DNA of 64,000 bases from Tubulanus polymorphus (taxonomy: Eukaryota; Animalia; Nemertea). This document shows, piece by piece, positions 56,435 through 64,000 of the stretch; the first letter of the stretch is position 1, and every line of letters begins with the position of its first letter. The stretch lies in assembly GCF_964204645.1 (NCBI RefSeq), contig NC_134031.1:496001-560000 (forward strand). Direction: 5' to 3'. Under the pieces are notes generated by a model. It worked only from the letters and a program-made list of their open reading frames with translations, ran no database searches and was not told the origin of the DNA. The translations under genes were made by a program, and so were the position numbers.

Positions 56435-57970
56435 TCGGATTTAATCACAATTGTTGTAGTTATTGTAGGTGCCATAGCTATCTAACAGTATAGGAACCGG
56501 TCCTCGACTAGCCTCCATCTGCACTGCATCCTCTTCAAATATTCTGCTGCCTGGATCCGGACCCTCAGAGTCTTCCTGGCAACTTCAGATAATTGAAAAC
56601 ATTTCTTAATAATGAATATGGAAACTCAGCTTTTTACGATATGATCGCCATCTATTGGAATTTTGCTGAACTATCAGATGTACGAAATTGACATATCCGG
56701 AAGACTTACAATGAACCACAATTCGCATGCACCATCTATAGGGCAATTTGTTAATTAAAGGAGTCGCGGTCGAAAGTCCAACATTCACCTATACGATATT
56801 AAGGATGAGCATTGATATATGAAATGAAATATAAAATACCGACATGTCCTCTAGCTCAAAATACATTTCATGTTATAATATTCAATATGTAACATCTGGT
56901 TGCATGAACTCAATTCATGCGATTTTTGCGGATATTATTAATAATTTCCAGACAAATCGTCTCCGAAGAGAGGAACCGATAAAAACATTTCAAAATGTAT
57001 GAATGATCCACATAGAAAAATCAAATATCAGTTGATTAAATTTCTCAACGTTTTTTTTTCCCCCAAAATTATCAGAACGACGTTTTCGATTCGGGAGAAT
57101 CTACGGGAGACACACAAGCACCACCAGACGCCACAAGGATAGGCAGAACCCCTTTCTGAACGAGTCCACACCTACTTTTATATAGGTCGTTCATCCTGGT
57201 CAAACCTGGGTTTTCTGGGCTGATCCCCAATATATCACCAGGAAAACATCTAAATCCCTATTTACATATATCTGCAAAGATGGCTACAAGATCTATAGTT
57301 ACCTAGAAAACGTAGTCCAATTGTTTGCTTCTCTTGCTTTGGTTCCCCCACCCCTATTGGATTGTTCATTTAACCTCACGACGGGACCACTCACCTCGAA
57401 AATTCAAACTGTAAAACTAGTTTATTCCGACAATGTTAACTCGAATGAACCACAAAAAGTTTGAAAAAAAGGATTTGTTTCGTGCAGGGCACTCCGTACA
57501 CAATTTACTGGTGAAACTGTTAATGCATGTTCAGTGATATACGGATCTATGGTTCCTGAAGCTGATCTTATACATGAAATATCTCAACCAAAATATAACA
57601 GAACGAAAATTGTGTCAAGGCAATCAAAAATATATACCTCAGTAATATTGATATTAAACTTTATGAGTTTGTTATCAGCATTTTTCAACAGGTGAATTTC
57701 CATTCGATCAATGATGCTCAGTAAAACTAATAACAAACCGTTCATTCTATATAAGTAGAGTCAGTTTCTGAGTAAATCAAGCAGAAACTCCGATATGACA
57801 GGTAAGCGTCACCATTTTTCCTTTATCTATCTCTAAAGTGTTCGTTAATTTCTATACAGAATAAGTAAATCTAAACTAGCTTCGTATCAGAGAAACTATC
57901 GGAATTTTCTCTTCCGTAAAGATTTGGCTAATTTCAAAGAGTGATTCGGTTTTTTTTGTCTACAGAAACC

Positions 57971-60900
57971 ATGGCAGGTTTAACATATCTTATTTTGCTG
58001 ACTGGCTGTTGTCTTATTCGACTAAGTTACGCTAAAGGTAGGTGTCGTTAAGCTGTAGATGAAATGGGGAAGACAAACTTTTAAAAAGCTGGTGGTTGAT
58101 AACCCAACAAATTTTTCAGTAATTTTGCCGTTTTTTTTTTTTTGATGCGGTAACTTACTTATTTCTTCAAAAAGTTGCATTCTGCGTGAGTTGTTGGGAC
58201 ATCAGGTCAAACGACCCTTTGAATCGCGAGAAAATTATGATCACGGGCTAACTGCATGCGGATTCGAAGTTGAAGTAGTGTTTAGAATGCAAATCCATTA
58301 TATAGAAATTGATGCATCAAGTATAAGAATTAGAATTAAAGATACATGATGTTTCAGAAGAGATCAATACATGTGTCTTTTTGATCTATTCTGCACGTCT
58401 GAGAGCACCGGCTCACATACCGTACTGGAAGTGTTCTTTTTGTATTGAAGTTGAAAGTTTGAACCGTTAACAGTTGACTATCTTTAAACTATAGAATGTA
58501 AGGATACGATGGAAGGTGCAGCTTACATGGGCGTTAAAACCACTACCGCAAACGGGTTCCAGTGCGCGGAATGGTCTTTACATGCCGACAAATTAACTAA
58601 TGGTGGTAATTTCCCTGATGGAAGCGCTGCCTCTGCGAACAACTACTGCCGTAATCCTGGGAAAGTGGTTGACAGCACCGCTCTGTATCCGAGAAACTTC
58701 CTCGACCCGATGCGCTTTGGTCCGTGGTGTTACGTGACTAACTCGACCGTGATCTGGGATTACTGCGACGTACCGATGTGCAATGCGCCTCCTGTTGATC
58801 CAGGTACATTTTATTTAGATTAGTTTATTTATTATTTGGCGATCGATTTTCACTCCGACTGCTCCGGAATTGTCACTGCGACTGTTCCGGAATTGTCGCT
58901 CCGACTGCTCCGGAATTGTCACTCCGACTGCTCCGGAATTGTCAATTGCAGGAATTTAGAATAGGGGGATTGGCAAAACTTCCCAGCTGGTACATGAGCC
59001 TTTTAGGGGGTTAGGTGTGCAGTCTATTGTGAATATTGTGCTCTATGAAGGTTTAGGTTTAGAGATTGTTTTCTGTTGTTATAGGTGTGAACTGTTTTGA
59101 GACGGGTGGTACGTGGAAGAGGGCCCTGTTCTTTTACAACGGGTCACAAAACATCGATTATATGGGCAGAAAATGCGCCACGTGGACTCGACTCGAGGGT
59201 ATTCTGTACGTCAATAAAACATCATTTCAATATTCATCACATTGATTTAGAATGAAAATCGAATTTTGGTTTCAAAACTTCAAAATCTTCTTTCTATATT
59301 TTTCATTGATAATCTCTCAACAGTTTGATGGAAAATCATTATTTGTCATCATCATTTTCAAAAACCTACGAAAACTTTTTCGTTTTATTACCTTGCATTA
59401 ACAAAAAAAGTGTCATTTGATTTTGATCGTTCATTCGTATAGGCCTACATCTATGCTTACAGATATTCGATATCGAAGTTAGCTTCACTAAGAGATCACT
59501 GCGGTATGCTTACATCCGTCAAGACCAGACCTTATTGTTACTATTTCGATACAACTTACGGTATATTTAGGAGAAGCCTCACCTGTGGTATCACTAGCTG
59601 CCGTAAGCATTCTTTTCTATCCTTTATAAAGTTTTCCGATTTCAAAGTTTGAGTTTTAATTCAGTTGAATCTCGATGTGATTATCTTATATCTGATTCTG
59701 CTTACTTCACTTTTAGTTACCGTTTATTGTAGCTTTAAAAAATCATCATGAAATTTAACTCGTCATAAGATGCTTCTACAACTGTTCTTATAGTTAAAAC
59801 TTGATCGTTTTAGGTGTTTACACTCCACCACCCACTACAACTCTGGCACCCACAACTCTGGCACCACCAACTCCGCCACCCACACCGGCACCTACAACAC
59901 CGGCACCCACAACTCCACCACCCACTCCGCCACCCACACCGGCACCTACAACACCGGCAGCCACAACTCCACCACCCACACCGGCACCTACAACACCGAC
60001 AGCCACAACTCCACCACCCACTCCGGCACCTACAACTCTGGCACCCACAAATCCGCCACCCACTCCGGCACCCACGACACCACCGCCTACACATGGTTCT
60101 ACGAAAGGTTGGTATTTATTTATGAATCTCATGAAACAGAATCGCAATGTCCATGAAATAGATGTAATATCTTTGATGAGCCTAACACTTGTGTGAGCCA
60201 TGGTTTATAATTCCTCGGTTTAATGTCGTTATAACAGAATGTAAGGATACGATGAAAGGTACAGCTTACATGGGCGTTAAAACCACTACCACAAACGGGT
60301 TCCAGTGCGCGGAGTGGTCCATCCATTACGATAAATTAGTGAATGGTGGTAATTTCTCAGATGGAAATGTCGCGTACGCCAAAAACTACTGTCGGAACCC
60401 TGGACAAGTGGTTGACGATAGCGTGCAATATACCAGCAGTTCAACGAATCCAATGCCGCTTGGTCCCTGGTGTTACGTGGTAGATAGCTTGTCCGTCATA
60501 TGGGAATATTGTGATGTACCAATGTGCCCTGCTGGTCCTGGTAAATTTCTAATTCCTTTTTATTTAACTTTTCCCAAAACTGTGTCTGCGATAGAAAGGT
60601 TCTTTTTGTTATATCGTTATCACTTTTCGTTTGTTTTCAGGAACACTTAAACCGTGTGGACCTGAGACACCGGCTACCCCTCCACCCACAACCCACCCAA
60701 CCCCACCCCCTCCAACAACACCGTCCCCTCCACCCACAACGCATCCAACTCCACCTCCTCCAACAACACCGTCCCCTCCACCCACAACCCACCCAACCCC
60801 ACCCCCTCCTACAACACCGTCCCCTCCACCCACAACCCACCCAACCCCACCCCCTCCAACAACACCGTCCCCTGCACCCACAACCCATCCAACCCCACCT

Positions 60901-63900
60901 CCTCCAACAACACCGAGTAAGTCTAACGTTCAGTCCGTGCTTCGAATAGACTAGATTTATTTACTTTTGAAAATATATTTCTGTGATATTGTTTATTTTA
61001 CATGAAACGTTTAAATGATTGTATTCTAGTATCACCATGCAACCCAAACCCGTGTCTCAACGGTGGAACATGTGTCGTGTCTGGAACTGGCGCAGTTTGT
61101 AATTGTGATAGTTATCACTCCGGAAATAACTGTGAACGTGAGTAGATATTCAAATCAAAACACCAAATATGGCTCCTATGCATAATCTTATCATTTCGAC
61201 CAATCAACGAAGAGAATGGCCAAGGATGTCGCCATATTGGATTGAATACTCATGATTTAACTCAAGGGTAAAATACAAATGATATTCATCAGTAACCATT
61301 AATGAAACACTCTGAGTCTATGCTGTAATGCTAGTATGAAATCCCACATTAAGAGTAAAACGAGTCTGAGAAAGTTTCCTTGAGTTAAGAGTTATTTCGA
61401 CTGCTAATATGCAACCATCTTCAGGAAAACAGGACCATATAAATATTGAGTCGTTGAAATGTAAATCATTAGTTCAAGGAAATATCTCCGCGACTCTTTT
61501 CTTTCTTACCGTTCGATTTTATCTGATTATAGAGTCAAACTTTACCGAAAACTCGGGTCCAGGATGATCAAACCGGTTTTATCTTTCTTCTCTTTTTACC
61601 AGTCACGTGTTCGGACGTTTGGACTTATCGGAATAATAGTTACATATATATGAATGATAATGCTAAATACGATAAGAGCGTATTCGACGCGGCCACTTGT
61701 CGAGGTTTGTGTCTGAACGAGAAATCGTTCGAATGCAACTCGTACGAGCATTGTTTGGTGCCCAACGGAAACAAACAACACGGAACGATCTGCCACCTAT
61801 CGGTGAACCGCTGGGCGACTACTGCTGCCTCCTATCTCGTAGAGAATAAAAGATACCCCGGTTGGAAGGTATCGTACGTCTGTACGTATCATGAACGGCA
61901 GAAATCGTGCACGAAAGGTAAAACACGCGAGACCAGCAGCAAGTTCTATGAAATAATCTCTATCGTGAAGTTTGTGAAGGTTTTCACCTAAACAGACTCT
62001 CGCTGTTCTCATTTCAGCTGAATGCGACCCAAATCCGTGTAAGAATGGTGGAACTTGCGTACCGAACTCTGGGTGCTCCTGTCCACCGGGATTCTCAGGG
62101 GCTTTATGCGAAATCGGTAAGGAACTGGCCACGATTATATTGTTTCTCAGAAAATCAAGAATCTTATTCATCTCTTCATATATATTACAGTTGATGACCA
62201 ATGCTACAGCGGATGTTCCATATTTGGAGATCCTCACTATTCCACATTCGACGGTTTATCCTTCGATTTTATGGGTTCGTGCAAGTATCAATTAGCGAAA
62301 TTCGGCGGATACTCGGACGGCTCATGCGCGTTCAGTGTCAATGGCAAAAACAAGAAATGGGGTGGTTGGTCGTACATCAGTGAACTGGAATTAGTCCTAA
62401 CCTCTGAACCATCAGTTACCATACAACTTACATCGAAAGGAATTTTGGTAATTACGACTAAAACCTCACAATTGAAGCGGCCATGATCCAAGATGGCCGC
62501 CACCTTCCAAGATGGCCACCGCCAATCGCTTGTGATCCAAGATGGCCGCAACCTTCGTGTGTGATCCAAGATGGCCGCTGTCGAGATTTTCTCAATATTG
62601 TATGAGTTGTTTATTTAGAAATGTAATTTTGTTGCAGGTGAATGGAGTGAAAATGTCAGCTGATCTGTTATCTCAAACCTATCCTGATTTCCAGGCCGGT
62701 GTCGCCTCACCAGCTATGACGTATTTAAGATATGCAAAATGTAGTATAGAATTACAGTTTAGAATTTGGCGCGGAACAATACGATTGGGTGGGGCTGGTT
62801 TAGATATCAATCATTACAAAGGTAATACAACGCGTCATATTGGCCGTCTATTAAAATAAATTCTCAATTGACGGCCATAATGACATGTGTGAATAATTAG
62901 TAAGACGTCCGTCAATGGTCAAATAGAGCATCTCAACCTACACTTGTATCTGTGATTTAGGTAAACTAACGGGATTATGCGGTAATTGTGACGGATCTGC
63001 CGATAATGATTGGAACTCCTGCCGTGGAACACCGACTGATGCCAATACGATGAACGGTTATCTCGGCGGTGACGTCACATCAACCGTCGGCGCTGACTGT
63101 TTTATAGTCGATTCCACGTGAGTTTATTTTACCCGCAGTTCCACAGTTCCACAGTTCCTCAGTCTCTCTAACAGTATTTCCGAAGATAAGAACACAATTA
63201 CATTAAATATCTCGTCATCATCGCGTTATATTTCTATATTTGTTATATTTCAGTTGTCCAAATGCTTTTGCGACCGGAAGGAAGAGAAGGTATTTAATAC
63301 TTCCAGTAAATGTATCTAATACTGGATTTATACCAGGCAGTTTGAATTCGTTCTGATGAACTTATTTCAAAACACGCTGAACTATTTCTGTTGAGATCTG
63401 TATTTTAGGGCAGTAAAACTCATGGCAACTCCAGCCGCTGCCACCAATCAGAACGACATCTCCAAATACACTAGCGACCTCTATTGTGGACTGTTGAAGA
63501 ACACATCGGGTCCGTTCGGCGAATGTATCAAAATGATCGGTCTCGAGGCTCAGTTTAATTCGTGTCTCTCAGACGCCTATTACAACAGCGGGTCACGTGA
63601 GTGGGTATGCCGCTCGCTTCACGACGCCGAATCAGATTGCGTCACGGCGGGAATATCCGTTCAAACATGGCGTTCTGTCGATTTCTGTCGTAAGTAATAA
63701 ATAATCAGCCGTGGTCTACCATGCCGTCAGTCATATCGGGTGCCGACATCAGTCGGCTTAACGACGCAACCCGACGCCACGCGCTCGACATCAGTCAGCT
63801 AACAAGTTAGCGTCGGTCATGATGTCGCATTCCGAGATAATCTATGTCTAAAAAGTTCGTTTGATCATGGCTTAGCCCGTGGTTTGATGTGTGTTTTCTA

Positions 63901-64000
63901 AATAACACATAATCAAGCATAATTCAGAAATATTTTACTGTTTTTAATCGTTATTTTCATTTGTTGCGTCTCTATTTCAAACATCAGCTGTAAAGTGCCC
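57971..64000 (+). CDS. Secreted multidomain protein: kringle x3, PT-rich mucin tracts, EGF, PAN/apple, EGF, VWD, C8 (continues beyond window)
   Basis: Approximate exons 57971-58037 (signal peptide), 58496-58803 (kringle, NYCRNP..PWCY..WDYC), 59085-59205 plus 59463-59602 (divergent kringle), 59814-60107 (PT), 60238-60541 (kringle), 60641-60916 (PT), 61030-61137 (EGF), 61603-61917 (PAN-like), 62018-62116 (EGF), 62190-62447/62638-62821/62961-63116 ([18 protein letters not shown]), 63254-63289, 63409-63689 (C8, WRSVDFC), 63988 onward. TATA at 57748. Confidence 0.88.

Overview
AT-rich, intron-dense animal genomic DNA, probably from a marine lophotrochozoan invertebrate (inferred from gene content). 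No prokaryotic systems are present. Nine protein-coding genes can be built exon by exon. SCO1/2 (-) and RPL5 (-) lie in tandem. RPL5 is head-to-head with a long CCDC18-like coiled-coil gene (+). A SMYD3-like methyltransferase (-) carries two antisense genes with intronless CDSs in one intron: a peptide-type GPCR and a RING-BBox-CC-NHL TRIM. These are followed by a second GPCR (-), a COLGALT/GT25 collagen galactosyltransferase (+), an atypical SPDC glutaredoxin (+) and a secreted kringle/mucin/EGF/PAN/VWD-C8 protein (+) that runs off the window. Introns are packed with minisatellites and MITEs, and most short ORFs in the track are repeat artefacts. The strongest finding is in COLGALT. The exon carrying the catalytic EDD motif is tandemly duplicated as two 128-nt exons that must be mutually exclusive to keep frame. 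A ~50-nt intronic segment after exon A is complementary, in nested order, to both flanks of exon B. A pure (CTG)94 tract sits just upstream of exon A and a degenerate CTG tract follows exon B. Together these suggest an RNA-structure/MBNL-type switch between two active-site variants. Other findings include minisatellites that amplify real splice sites, a ~255-nt structured RNA candidate in an RPL5 intron, a hammerhead-like motif, TE-borne CTCF-like motifs and possible RPL5-CCDC18 microsynteny with human. All exon models and base pairings were read by eye and need RNA-seq or folding confirmation.
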